From NCBI GenBank assembly GCA_002633005.1, contig NMRA01000032.1:476911-540910 (forward strand): a stretch of 64,000 nt of DNA. Direction: 5' to 3'. This document shows positions 11,910-26,900 of the stretch, piece by piece; position 1 is the first letter of the stretch; each line of letters starts with the position of its first letter. The translations under genes and the position numbers were made by a program. The notes beneath the pieces were generated by a model. That model saw only the letters and a list, made by a program, of their open reading frames with translations. It had not been told where the DNA came from and did no database searches. The stretch comes from Phoronis australis. Its lineage: Eukaryota; Animalia; Phoronida.

Positions 11910-14900
11910 ATGAAGGTGACGATATCCTTAGTTCTGGCCCTAACAGCTGTTGGAATGGTGTTGCCAGCACCGGCGAAGGTAAGAATTTCAAAAACGAAGC
12001 AGAATCTCAAATCCAGACAAAAACGACTGACTTGTCTATGCGTTACCCATCCATAGTCATTTCTGTGTGATGATGCACGTAATTTTCTTTGAATAAAGTT
12101 ATCACACTGTTTAAATCTAGTTTGACAAATTTTTGTAGGACAATACAAAATATCAGAAAATGGAAGCCGCTCTCAAGAAGTTGGTTGAAGGACATGGTTT
12201 CAAAGTGAACTCTATGAGCTCTCACAAGGTAAGTTCGGATTTCTCATGTACGTGACCAGTTAAAGGCGACATCTGGTTTAAAGCCACAGTAGAGCGAATT
12301 TGATAATCCAAATAGAAACCAATAACATGTTTTATTTTTTAAATACATAAAATCCCACAATGACAATTTGAGTTTCAGTGTGGTATTACTAGTTCACCTG
12401 TATGGCTGAGTGGTGCAAATGTACAAAGAAAGTATGGGAGATATATTACAAGCGAATCTTTTCAACGAGATATCAAAAAAACATATCCCCTCCTTGACCA
12501 CGGACGGACTAAAGTTGTTCTCGCACATTTCACCTGCCTTTGAAAACTAGTTTATACCTCACTCGTCGTTACCATCTCTCAGATAAGCTGATATGAAATG
12601 TCTTCGCAAAACTCAACTGTGAACAGTCTCTATTTGTAAACACTTTCCCGCCAACTCGATCACTCGTTTTGAACAGAATCATTCCGCAACTATTGCATTT
12701 AAACAGAAGGCTTTAAGCTATTAAAATGGAAACAAAAGTGTTCATGTAATGCCAACTTTATGAAACCGTGAAAATGGTGTTGAACTCAATTTGCTCTCGA
12801 CAATACAAGTCGGTTGCCGTGATCCCGTGAACACGAGTATTTATAAAGAATCAAGAACTCTTGATATTTGATCTTACACAGGATATAAAACATATTATTC
12901 ATTTGATTTTAGACCATTCAAGTAATCTATTCAAAAACCGAAACTGCAACCATGACAAAAAGTTCAGAAGACTAGTACCGAGTACTCAGACGGTGCCGAT
13001 CTGTTGTGCCCAGAAATTTGCCATAGAAAGACTATCGAGTAACTCAGCAACGATTGATAGGCTGGCCCTCCAGTAACAAAGTCACGGATTTGTCAGCCTC
13101 GCCACATTGCGTCTTGCTTTTAACCCCATGTTCATATCCGCTCTGTAACGCAACACTTTTATAATATCATTGTCCAGTGCGCTGGTGTTAGAGTGTTTAC
13201 CTGTCTATGACAATATATCGGGCTAGTCAACTCGCATGTCTTTCCAAATATAGTCCGCAAGTTGATTGTACTTTCGGCTTGCACGAATCCGATTGTGCGC
13301 TAGAGAGTGCGTTTGTCTATGTGCGGGGAAGTGGGCGTAATGTGAGGGAGCAGGATTGGTTCGTCCAGCCTGAGCGAAAGAAAAATTTTGTGAGCGCGGA
13401 GGGAATTGGGTCTAGTTTTATTGAAGAGTATGTGATGTATGAACACGTGCCTGAAAATGAGGGGGCTCGTAAAGATAGTGTAATCGTCATGTCACGTCGT
13501 CTCTCGTGTAACTGTGTTTGATCGCAGTTAATTGTTTTGCTTGTAAAAACAGAAAAACACCGATAAACTTGTTCGAGTTTGTCGACTTTAATTGCGGTAA
13601 GTTCTCAAATCAACGAAACCGTGAAACTGCACACGATAAATTTCGTTGTGGACAAGTCGTGTTGCCGCCAACAGCCGGGCGCCTTCTGTCAAATATTTCG
13701 ATTTAATTCCCTTACTGCGTGTTTTAATGCTCTGTTCTCAGATTTGGTGTAATTTCTAGGCTGATTTCTATTGCTTCTTGGGAGTAAAAGATGGTTTAAA
13801 GTTATGTAGAACCCTACAGGCATGTCCAAACTTGACTCCACAACTGTAAGAAATGGCTGATTAGGTTTTTTTTGAAACTTTCTGCAATGTTCTTTAATAG
13901 CATTTTTGAGATTTCATATTGAACATTTCCATCAAACGAAATTTGATCATGTTGATGCTATTGAATTGCTATGAATGTACCCTTTTTCTTGTTAATTTTA
14001 GTAAAGCGACATGTTCACGTGACCCAATTAATAGCAGATTGGTACTACTTTCGTAAAAGATATACTTTTACTTGGTTCAAATCAATGCTTTTGTAGATAT
14101 TTGGTTGAATTCAGAGACTTGTCGGCAAGGTTCTACATAACCACAACCCTTTCATTCTGTGTCCCGAGAGCAACATATCTAACAGCGCCCTGGCAATTCT
14201 TTATAAGTTCAGATATCACTTCAAAGCTGAGTATAGAAAGAGTTGGAACAAGTGTTCTATTTAGATAAGTGGTCTTTGTGAAATACTATTTTTACAGAAG
14301 TTGTGGACTTTGAATTTCTAGTCAAGCTCACATTTTTTTTTCAAATTCATTAAGCTATTTACATTGGTATGGCTAAAAGTAATCTAGGTCTCAAGCTAAG
14401 CATTCTGTTGTCAAATTGCCGTGAGACACGGTAGGTTCGGGCGCAGTATCCGGCCAGAGAATTTGGAGGCCCAGTCCGAATATTTATGAGCTCGGCAACT
14501 TTTAACTTTCTCCATATAAAAATAATTGCAGGCGGTCTGATACACGTTGTACCAGACGTGTGCAGGCCTCGCATGTGGGGCCATTGCACTGTTCACCTGG
14601 AAATATTTTTATGCTTTATTATATGGTTAAAACCGAGCTGAGGAGCTAGAAACCTGGCTCAAGGGTTTAGCAGTGTGACCTGGTGGGACTCGAACCCACG
14701 ACCTCGAGTAAAGAAAACGGGCACTTATCAACCAGGCCATACTGCCTCCTCCCGATTGATCTTTTTGGTACTCGATAAAAACCAATTTACGTTCAGCTCC
14801 GTTTCCAGAGATATAAAAAGAGAAGAGCTATCGAAAAATAGGTTATTAGGACGTAACACCGTAAATGGAACCCAAGCCATCAACAGAGCTGGACAATAAT

Positions 14901-17900
14901 AAAATGTAGTTGTTGATCCATCCAGGGAATTTCACTGTATTCGAATTAAATCTGGTGTGCTCGACAATACTCACAAAATTAAACTCCTAGCACCTCGGAG
15001 GCATCACTCCTCCTTCAGAGGGAAGATGCTATTGAAGATTAGCGGGAACCGACGAATAGGCTGTAGAGGGTGGGATAAATTCCGGACGATCCAACGAAAC
15101 CAATTCGATTACACCAAACTGTGGTTTTTGTCCCTTCCCTTTTAAGAATGTTACTTAAAGCAAAGAGATTAGTGGGTCTGTAGTCGCGTTCCGCTTTTTA
15201 GATTTTGCTTTAAGACGAGTTCCACGATAAAGAACCCTGGCACTAAGGACATACCTTGGGGGCTCACACAGCCCACATCATGCAGTGTTATTCCCCAACA
15301 CCACGTCACGATACTTACTGGATATTGTTGAGTGATTTACGGCGGATTATTTTCGACACAAAACTCGCTGTTAACATCATATGACAATTTTCAACATACA
15401 TCATATTCCCATCGTCATGTTGTGTTTCTAACTAATTTGACCAAGCAATCACAGTGATAAGGAATTAGCGTGCTGGTTCCACTTTAATATGGGGAAATGT
15501 TACGTCGGAGCAAAAGATAACACAAGAAGTTGCAGTTTAAGTTCCATTGTGGTGGGGGATATACGATGAATAACGAAAGTTTTTCTTGCTACATTTTGCA
15601 CACTATTTTACAGAGAGATAAACAAAACAGAGAACCCCCCGAGGAAACGGACTCCCCGGATACACTAGAGTCTGACATGAAGCTGACCAGGGACCAGCTG
15701 CGATTTATAGAGGAATCGGTAAAATCGACGGTAAATGGTGGCGTACCTAAGCAGCTGGAATCAAAAAAGAGGAAAGCAATTCTTCATGAACGATACCGGT
15801 GGCCCAAGGCGATTGTACCATACGTTTTTGACAGTTCATTAGGTTAGTAGACTTCTTCATTTGAAGATAATTTTTTGACAAGCCAGAGCCGTTTTTTGCC
15901 CAGTCGGAAAACCAATCAGAAAAGACCTATTCCCAGAAAACTCACGCCTAGTGTCAGTTTTCCGACAAGGGGCGGGGAACCAGGTAGGAAAGAGTCCCAT
16001 GCTTTGAAGGGCAAAGAGGTCCATTCTTTTCCTGTTCATCGCTCAGAAAACAACTTCGGCAAGTCGCTACGCTCCATCGTTTTGTAAACTGAACACGTTT
16101 GGCTCCCAAGCCCTTGCTAAAAGCATGTCGGAGTTAATGGTTCAAATCATAAACGTCGTATACATATAAAGATAATTTCAGACGCTTACATATAATTACG
16201 GACTTGTCACAGTCATGTGCCGATTGAATAACAAGACCAACTATGGCGACTAGCGCTAAGCGTTTACTGGTGTAACTGAGTGGTAAGCAAACAGTTTTCA
16301 CATAACAACGAACATGCAATATCAGAATAATTAAATAAAATTGCTATGGATTTAGAATATATCAACGACTAAACTTGCGAAAATATCGATATTTGCTGAT
16401 CTAGAAAATTTTTGATTCCTCTAATTTATTACCTAAACGGACACTGTTGCTGAAATTTGACGTACCCTGGCGACGAGTCAGGACTGACATCCGTAGCTTA
16501 GCGTTGGCTGCGGGAGATGGATGTAGGAATACTTCACAAACTTATGCATTAAATACCATTCGTCATATGCAAAGAACAGGTGAAATTTGGACCATAAAAA
16601 CTAAGTTTGTACATAAAGAACCAAAATGAGAATCAAAAACAACGAAACAAGATAACAACGCATTTACGCTCACGGTGATGTCAATACGTTTTCAAGGACA
16701 TGAAATTCATCCAGGAATCGTTCCTGAGCTGATGCACATGAACTCGGGTCACGGAAATAGACGGGATTAGTCGATGATTTTCCGATCTCTGCTGAGGTAC
16801 AAATTTGTGCACAAAAAGGGTTTTAGTTTGACAACAGAAAGGAGGTGAATATAATCCCATGTTAAATATTACTTCATTTGGTATACAGTTTTAAGTTTTA
16901 GATGTAGAATGCCCTTTGAGATAAGGACTTTAACACCAAAATATTTATTAAGTAATGAACACACTATCGTTTTATTCCTAACCGTAGTGATGTAACGAGA
17001 TGTGAAGTGGGCGGCAGCTGTTTAAAGTGCGAAATGTCGCGGAGCAACTTGTGCCAAGATATATGGACCATCCGGACATCATGCTCAAGGCAATTTTATA
17101 ACAATTTCAGGAAGCGGAGTAAAACATTTTTGACTAGCTTGCTTTGTTGTATATGCGTCTTCATTAAAAACCCAACGTGCCAGAGCAAATTAGAGTGTCA
17201 GACATTCACAAAGGCTTTGATGCAGTTTAGTTTTATACATTAAACACTTCACACTGACGAGCCATCTGTGACGACGTTACAGCCAACTCACACTCACTGT
17301 AGTGAATTTCGTTTCGGAAGTTTTGTAATTTCAGCTGTGCATAGCGTAAATGTAAATACGAGAGGACTCCGTACTGTCGGAAAATTTCGCACCAGGGACA
17401 ATTTGCACTCATTTTAGCTGCCGCGTCGCAAGCAATTACGACCAAGTTTCTTGCGAGAAAAGCGAGACGAAGCAAGTCTTAGCGAGATATCACCGAGCTC
17501 GCACCTATTAAACTCGGAGGTGTCTCGAGTCTACGGATAACGCACGTTCACGTGGGGTCCACAATTCTCAAACACCCCAATGCTGATCAACGGTTTTTAG
17601 CGCTCAACCATTCATTTGCTTCAAAAAGAGATACCTCTCTTCACGAGCACAACTTAGTGCGGCACTAGCTACCCATTTATAATGAGATCAGGCATTGCCA
17701 TGGACACTCCATGAGAGTCGAACTCGCAATAGGTGTCGATAGTGAGGCTGTCATGATATCCATGAGGAGTGTTGGTAAGTGACGATTTTATCCACGACGT
17801 ATTACACATAATAATTGCATACTGATAAGTTAAGCGTTTATTTCACAGTTAATTCTCATGAGCAAGCGTAATTATGAATGCTCTCAAGAACCTACACCTG

Positions 17901-20900
17901 TAGAAACTCAATACATCTATTCTACATTTCAGGAACAGAATATGAAAACGCCATACTCCGGGCTATGAAACACATTGAGGATCGGTCTTGCGTTCGTTTC
18001 CACCCCAAGTCCACTTCGATTGCGAAGAGGGTGGGCCATAACGCCTATGTAAAAATTCACAGAGGGAACGGGTAAGCAGATGGACAAGCGGTAAATGCGT
18101 CTTGTTGTGTCACTAGTTTTGAATAAATGTCGGTACTCGTTTTTAAAAGATAAATATCTTATATTTCACACAATAAACCTGAAAAAAGATATGCCAACAA
18201 TGGTTATAGAGTAATAAAATAATATCGCAAATGCCAATTGATGTTTTTAATCTAAGAAACCTTTTAAGGTTTACTTAAAAGTAAAAACGTTTTTAGACAT
18301 AAGCTACTGGACTAGAAACTATCTGGATGCATAACCACACCTGACCTAATTGATAAAACACTCGAAAAAACAGTGTTTAACCTATAGAAAACTGCTTCAA
18401 CGCATCAGTTGTGTTCAACAGTGAACCTAGTTAATGGGAATAATATGAAAATCCAAGAATGGAAATAATTCTCAGCTTTCCAACGGTACAAGGAATCTAT
18501 GCAGCTTACTGCAGCTTAATCCGAGTCAAAACAAACTTATTTCAAGAAATACTATGACAACCAGCCTGAGTTAATCTGAAATAATAATAGAAACTATCTA
18601 AACTTATCACAGTGGCTTAGTGCAAGTTTAAGCATGAAAAAAGGAATCAAGCTCTGTTTTTATGTTTTCATTCATTCCATGATGGCGGCTTTTATGCGAA
18701 ATGTCAAGAACGTGCTGCTAACTAAAAGCCCAAAAGGGGTCGCCACCTGACGGTAATAAAAGATCACAAGACATATTTCAAATATTATACCCCTCAAATT
18801 ATTCATCAAGCTCTTTGTAAAGCTTGAATTGTGACCACGGGGGTAGAACATTCTTAGAACACAGGGGTTACAAATTGAAAATCGTTGGAGCCGAGGTGGG
18901 TTCAGATCAAATAACCAGAGCCCCAGGTTCCTAATAGCTTAGGGCATACGCCTGCACTGTATACATCACATGCAATAGCCCTGACGCACGACGACAGTCA
19001 TGTGGGTGATGGTGGGTACACTGCCAATGGTTTTCGATAATTTTTTTATTACGTTATCATTTTGTAGTCCTTGAAAAGACGCAAAACCCAGCCTTAACCT
19101 ATCCTCAGGTATTACTTCGACTAAATCACTTAAATACCAACAATGTGTTGGAACCACGGACTTTGGATGATTGGAGCACGTTTGAAAACTTAGAAAAGAA
19201 AGTCTGCTTCAGTTTTCTGCAATCGTAATAAACACTTTGGACGAGTTTAGCGCCACCTGTTGGAAAAGCTCCTCACCTCAAACTGCTGTGCGTGCGTGAA
19301 CTTGGAATCCTGCTTAATCTCAAGATCGCGTATGCCTGAACTTGAAATTGAATATTCATTTGTGCTATCTAGTGAACTTTTTTCTTCAGGTTTTAAAGAG
19401 TTTTTGTAATAATTGACCTCATGATCACCCATTTTCTCCTTTAGAATAACTTGTTCAAAGAATCGGAGGAATATTTGAAAAAGGATTGGTTAAAATTTAC
19501 GTTATTTTATTAACATGTAATTTGATTTAGCGCAGTGCAAATTTTTATCAACGTCAACGTGATTATTTGAGCGAACTTGTTAAGTTTCCTCTTGTATTCC
19601 AAGTTCACGCATACACGTTCTTAAGATTAAGCAAGATTGCAACTACACGCATAGCAGGACCATACGAAATTATGTATGTGACTCAAGGCCGAAGCATTTA
19701 AGGTGAGCTGAGTTCCTTATATGCGAGATTCTCGCGAAGTAAGTCGGTGTAATGATGTGCTTCGCTTGTGATACATTTATGGCAATATCTGATATCTCAA
19801 GTTATGCGTGATCTTGCCATTTCGCGCGGTTTCCGCTTCTACGGAACGCACACCTGATTATATGCTTTTATTTCAGAGGGTGTGGCAACTGAGGCGCAAG
19901 GGCAGCTGACAGGGACAGTTTTACTGAAGTTATCAAATAGAGTTCAAAATCCTTTCGTGTCTACCCGCAAAAAGTTGTCTGTAAAAAAACTACACTAACA
20001 AAATCGCGTAGGCCAAACAATCAAACGATATTCTTGATTTGCGTAACATGTGTCCTCAATTTGTATGAAAAGTCATAATGTACTAACAAAATGGTGTAGT
20101 GGGCCATTCTATCAAATGTTATTATTTGATTTGTATTACACGAGTCCTCACTTTACAGATGCTATTCCGACGTCGGTAAAAGAGGAGACGGCGAACAAGA
20201 AGTGTCTATTGGAACCGACTGCCACCACGTAAGTTTTTCTGATAAATGACGACGAAAAGTCTTACTGTTCTTTATTAATATTTAATTCAATTCTCTTGCA
20301 TTGTTACCGAAATATTCAGTTTACAGAAACTTTATTTCTGAGTACACCACAGTTGATAATTGCTCCAATCCCACTCACGGTCTAACTATGGGAAAGAACT
20401 GCCTGCCACGTAATAACCTATAATTAGTTATCATCTCTACATGATAATACGTCCATTCAACCGTGTCATCCAACAGAGAAAGGTAGACTGAAGAGCTACT
20501 TTTCCTTATTTCGCATGGGATGATACCACTGTTAATCCCTGTGGAAATTCGGTTAACTTGACTACATGTGCTACTTTTTGCAGACACGCCCAGTGGTTGT
20601 ATATTAGGAACGTTTTGCGCAGATACGCCTAGGGCGTATATTTGAGAAAATATCTACGGTTGAATCATGAAACGTAACTACATTAAATTTGTTCAGACCA
20701 TAAATTCCTACCTGTGATGACTATAGTACACCGACCATGATGTATGACTAGTGGTTTTGCACGTGCCACCTACAGTATTTATACACTTGACAGTATCATC
20801 ATGTCCAACATATATTGGTCTATTTACATCAACTTCTGGCCTAAGGTACATTAGCACGACGTTTTTGTCGTCCATTTTTCGGCCATCTTCAGGTTTTACA

Positions 20901-23900
20901 GCGTTCTTAGCAGAACAAGCAGCAGATTTTTTTAAATGCGCATCTTAAAAATTGCCATGTGGATGTACGATAGATACATCATGTAACATCCCGATGCAAT
21001 TATCGCCGAACTTTGTTTCATTTTTAGATTGGCACCGTTGTACACGAGCTGATGCACACGCTGGGTTTCTATCACGAGCAATCCCGTTACGACAGAGATG
21101 ACTATTTGATGATTCATAAGGAGAGAATCAAGCCCAATAACTACTTCAACTTCCAAAAGTATAAACACGACGAAATCAAGAGCTTTGGCATACCCTATGA
21201 TTACACCAGCATTATGCACTACACAGGATCAGTGAGTTGCGTTTTCTTATTGGTCCAATTTGACATAAAGCTTCTTACGTATATTAAAGACGACGATACG
21301 TTTCTTATTTTTAAATGATAAAAATGTTTGATGACCAAGACAACAAATTCTATGAGAATTACGATAACCTTGAAAACCAGTTGAGAGATGGACCGCTTAA
21401 GATTATCACTTGTTCAGTGGGGAAATTATGACACGGAAGAATGACAATTCTTTCCCGGTCAGGCCACTACAGGGCCGTAGGAAGCGGGGGGCCGACATAG
21501 GTGTGGGGCCGGGGGCAATAGAGAAAAGAGACTGCAAAATACGGATAAGAGAGAAAATTCTAAGAGAGCATTTAACAACAGTGCATGGTTTACCTTTTGA
21601 GGACCTGGCCAGGACATTGCTAGGGTCTCCGCTTTTGCAGCACAGGTAGTCTAAACGCACTTGAAAATGTGCACGTAATCATTCACACTCGTTCATATAT
21701 TTCGAAAAATCGAGACAATTTGTAAAGCGAAGCTCTTGCGGAGCGTACTAATTTATTGGATTTTTAAATTCAATAAGTCTCTTTTGCAAATGCAAAACTA
21801 TATTTTTCCAGAGCCCCTCTCTGGCAAGGGAGACAACATTCGCTTTGTATTTTGTCGAAACTGTATGTCAATTGAGAAAAATTGATAATCTGACACATAA
21901 CACCAATTGCTGCGCATTTCCTGATTTTTCAAAAATACAGATATTTTCATATTTAAGGGCCCCGCTCTCGAAGCAGGGCATTGATGATACTGAAGTGACC
22001 ACCCTTTTGTATTTTTTATTGACAAATTCTAAAGCGGCCGCACACGGAGAGAGAGCCTAATGTTGGAATCGATTATCTCGATTTTGCTGCTTTTTGTGAA
22101 ATCGTGCAACCGGTTTCCATGTTGAAGGTAACTTCCTACATCGTTTTGTAACAACACGTACGACGGTGGAATGAACTGTCACTCGTTTTCCAAGCTAATG
22201 TTTAGCCTTTCACCTTGAGGTGCTACATTTCAGACGGGACCCTCTCTCGGTGAAACAGTTCGGGGGAGATATCCCTTTGGCCTTCTATACATGTAAATCC
22301 GACAATGCCAAGTAATCACGAGGGAATTTGAGATTCATAAAAAATACAAAACGTTCGTGCCCAACACAGCAGCAGTATCAAGACATTCGACCCAAACAAC
22401 TAAAAAATGTGAACAAAATAAAATAGGATTGACCGCCATAGAAAGGGTGGAATTTTGAAGAACGTGAAGACCACTATTTGTGAATTACACAAAAGGACTA
22501 TTTCCGATGGTTAGTTACAAAATATACAAAATACGGGGGTCGAATTTTTAAGAATCTAGACCTTCTACTAAAAAAACGGGGACTAAGAAAAAAATCGGGG
22601 TACTACGATCAGAGTTATGAATTGAGCATTCACCCCGAATTCCTGCCTTTTTGCCCTTTTAGTAGACTTTTGTCTCTTTTTTCTCGGGCTTTTTGTTTCT
22701 CTGAGGCGGTGCCAATTTCGCCGAATGGGGGGATCGGCTCGTGCGCGCCCCCCGAGACCCCCTGAGTGCGTGCATGGTTACTATGGTTTCACTTGTGAAA
22801 AACACTGGTATCTACAAGTGTGTGCTACTTTCTTAGTGATGACCGCGTACATGTCGAAAGGGGGTACTCAAAGAACTCTCGCAATCATAAACAATAATTT
22901 CAGCGTTTTTTGTCAGTGGAGTTCAAATTTACCTCGTGAACCGTTATAGGCACACATAACTCTGAAATGTAACGAGAAAAATACACCCTGCGGAAATTGC
23001 TTGTAGCTTTTCGTTTTGATAAACAAATTCGTTGGTTTCTATTTTACTTGTCTATGTGTTTACGAAAATCGATAGATTTATTAGATGATTTGTGACAATT
23101 AGAAGCTAATCTTCTAAGAAATGATGATATTTCACTGAATTTAATTGCAGCCTAAAGATGGAAAAACTAGAAGATTTTTGTCTGTCTAAAATAACTCTTT
23201 TAAAAAGAAATTGATGAAATCCAGACTCACAAACTGTAGATAGAAAAAAGTTTTAGAAGTCCTTAACTTAAATAAATAAAATTAAACACATTGCTTGGAA
23301 AGGTTGTCTTTGTACTTCCTTGGTGTTTTTATTTACTCGTAGTATTGAGCAATGGATTTTTGCTCTTCAAACCTGAATTGTTTGGTTGCCTGATTCCCGT
23401 GCACGTCATGACCGACGCACCCACGTTAAAAATAGGATATAACCATGCAGTAGGTTCGCGCAGAATCTCAGGGATCCAACGGAACTGAACTTCACAAACT
23501 GTAGATAGAAAAAAGTTTTAGAAGTCCTTAACTTAAATAAATAAAATTAAACACATTGCTTGGAAAGGTTGTCTTTGTACTTCCTTGGTGTTTTTATTTA
23601 CTCGTAGTATTGAGCCATGGATTTTTGCTCTTCAAACCTGAATTGTTTAGTTGCCTGATTCCCGTACACGTCATGACCGACGCACCCACGTTAAAAATAG
23701 GATATAACTATGCAGTAGGTTCGCGCAGAATCTCAGGGATCCAACGGAACTGAACTTCGGGCGTTGAAGTGTCTACATTTTTGAGAAACACACTGTACCA
23801 TTTTCCCCAACCACCAGAAACTGGACTGCCGGTTGTGTTTCAACGAGAGATTTTGAAGCAGCCTCAAAGGGCTATACCAGGGACCTCGGTACCTCACCTC

Positions 23901-26900
23901 TTCAAAAACTCAAAGAATGACCGTAATGAAATAAAGTTTTGCCGATGCTGGATCACAGTAAAACGAATCTTGACCTTAGAGCCAGTGCGGAGGGCCCCCA
24001 CGAGCTGCCTGTCGCAACTGAATCACAGCTGAGCTGACCAGCAACTAGCCTTAGTTCCTCAGGAATTTCGTATTTTCACACTGTTAGATCTCAGCTATAG
24101 CTACTTGACGTAGCTCCTCGCTACAGGTCAGTGTACTGGTCCTAGGCCCATTCTTACTCTCCGTGTTGGGTCACGGTTACTCAACTCCTTGATGATTGCA
24201 TCCCCGGGATTGTCCCACACCTACATGTAGTTGGTGGCGATGACGGGGATGGGGGTAGTTGAGCGAAGTCGAAATGGTTTGTGCCCCCCCCCCCTCCTAA
24301 TAATTTTTACCTTCCTACGGGCCTGCACTACCAAATTGCTCAAGCTTCTGTGACACTTATCGCAACAGTGGAAAACTATGAACAACACCGGGGTGGAGAT
24401 TTGTAGACGCAAGAGTCTTGCTAAGGAAGATACTGAGGTCACGTACATCGCCTTTAACACGAAGATATTTCGCGAGGTCTCGCGTCTCCTTGCGAGGTTA
24501 CGCCTCTACGGAACGCACGCCTGGTCCCTCGTATGTGATAGGTTGAATCTCAGTCTAACTTTTCTGTTTAAAGGGGGGTACTCAGTTCTTTCAAAAACAC
24601 ACTCCACAACACCATTTTCAATCCATTTTTCTTGCCTGATGTCGATGAACAAATTTCGTTAACGTTTCTCACAATCAGATGTCCCTAAATAATGTCCAAT
24701 TGAAGATCGCCTGCTTTCAATAAAGAACCGGTAAAGCGGTCGAGTCTCCAGACAATGCAGAGGGGTACCTTAGAATCATACGCACGAGCATTGCAACATA
24801 CGGACGAACCACGTACGAACCTATGAATCATGCATACGAACCCATGTATCATGCATACGAACCCAAAAATCCCGCAAGCGAACAAAAACCGTGCGCACGA
24901 ACCACAAAAATCATCCATACGAACACGAAATCGTACACACAAGCATTGAATCACACTTCATCGTTTGGTGGTTCGTGCGTATGATTCGGATGCTCATGCG
25001 TATGGTTTGTGTACGTATGTGTAATTCATAGTTTTGTGGAATTACAACTCAGCCCAATTTTCGGTCTTAACTTTGACGAAGTTTTGGTTTTAAGACGTCA
25101 GTCTTAAGTCCTCTTTCATGAAACGGGCCCCTGGGTTGCGTTAGATGCGATCTAGAACATTGGCTGGGACGGAAGCAAGGCATTCAATAACACAATTTAA
25201 ATCCACCAACCAATCACTTCAGTGTCAGCCATTTTGCTAGGCCGGGCTACTAAGCTCCCCGTACTCGCGAAAACCTCGTCGATTCTAGAAAGGAACAAGA
25301 TTGGTTTGAACATGGTGAAAAGAAATGTGTTTTTGAAATAACCGAACATCCGTCCTTTATCTGAAGATGTATAATGAGATTCAACCTATCCCATACGCGG
25401 CATTATTCAAAGTAACCACCACTTGCTTTAGTTTAAGATCGATGTACACCAAGAAGAGCTACGTGTTACAGAAGTGTTGGTAGTGGCCGACGAAATATTG
25501 CTTTCTAGGAATTAAATGAATTGCGGTTTTCCATTTCATGTCTAGAGACTTATCCTTACCTAATGATGCCAATTACGCAGTTGAGAGACATACTTACAAG
25601 AAAAATGGCGAAACTAATAAAACAGTTATGGTGAACGTGAGGGGTTAAAAGGAATTGTTCTAAGCATTCTTATGTCTTAAGCTTGACATTTTCAGTATTT
25701 CCCCATAAAATCGGACGATATAACCATGGAAACTCTTGATCCGGCTATGCAACAAAGAATTGGACAGAGAGAAAAGATGAGCTTTCTCGATGCGATGTCA
25801 CTTAACAGCATGTACTCCTGCAATGGTATTCCTTTATTTAGAAGTAATAATCGAAACTACATTTAGCATTCTTTCATTGCTGTAAAAATTAAACTGGTTG
25901 GAGCACATGTTGATGATTCGAATGGAAGGTAGTGTGCTATTCTGCTTTGGTTTTAAAATGCATTTTCTTTTGGCAATGTAGTATTATAAAGAAACCGGGG
26001 AAGACAGCCTTCATTTTTCACGAGCCACACGATCACCACGGGCGCTTTCATTGAAAACTGATCGTGAAGAAGAATGCTGAGCGTAAGAAAGGATTAGTTC
26101 AAGAGTTCATTAGACAGTGCATGGAGAGTAAAATAATTGTTGTGCATGAGAAAATTAATTGAGCTCAAGGAAAATAATACATGTACTCTCCATGAGTGAA
26201 GAACGTAGTTTTAGTGAGATCGTCCGTGCTGTTCGTGAGACAACATGACGCTCCGTTCTGCTGCTAAACGAACTTCTGCCAAGGTCAAAACGACACCACG
26301 TCGCAGATGGATTTACAAAACTCAATACGGATTTTATTAAAGTGCATTTCCGTTGACCCTTACAGTTTCCTATCTACCTTACATTACAGAGCATTGCGGC
26401 ACTCACATTGCTTGCGAAAACAATGGCTATATAGGACCAGACTGTTCGTGTGTTTGCCCAGATGGCATAGCGGGAGTTAAATGCACTGATGTGGCACCGA
26501 CAGCTAGTCGTAAGTTTGAAGTATATATATAATTTGAATCGCTTACACATTCCATTGCCATAACTGCTATCGTTGGCACAGTGCGACCAGCCACGTCCCC
26601 AAGCCTCAAGATGACGCTGATTGATTTAACCATTTGAGGTTTAGTTAGGGGACTTACCTTCTGCGCAATGATTGGTCGCTGCCCCAGTGGACGTCATTAA
26701 AACAAAGGCAGAATTTAATTATTTTCACAGGCGTTGTTGCTGTCATTCATAAAGCACAAGGCAATGTTTTGATTATTGTTTGAAATAAAGGTTGTTCACT
26801 TTTTATTTTCAATTCCTTTTTATGCTCCCACATATTTATATGTGGACGCATTATGCCGTCATCTCTGTCTGTCCGTCCGTCCGTCCGTCCGTCTGTCTGG

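Noticed and set aside
25826-25845. Donor GTATTCCTTT conserved in both paralogs (also 48681), resembling a U12 minor-intron site
   Set aside because: It does not match GTATCCTT at +5/+7 and there is no clean TCCTTAAC branch point; treated as a weak U2 donor.
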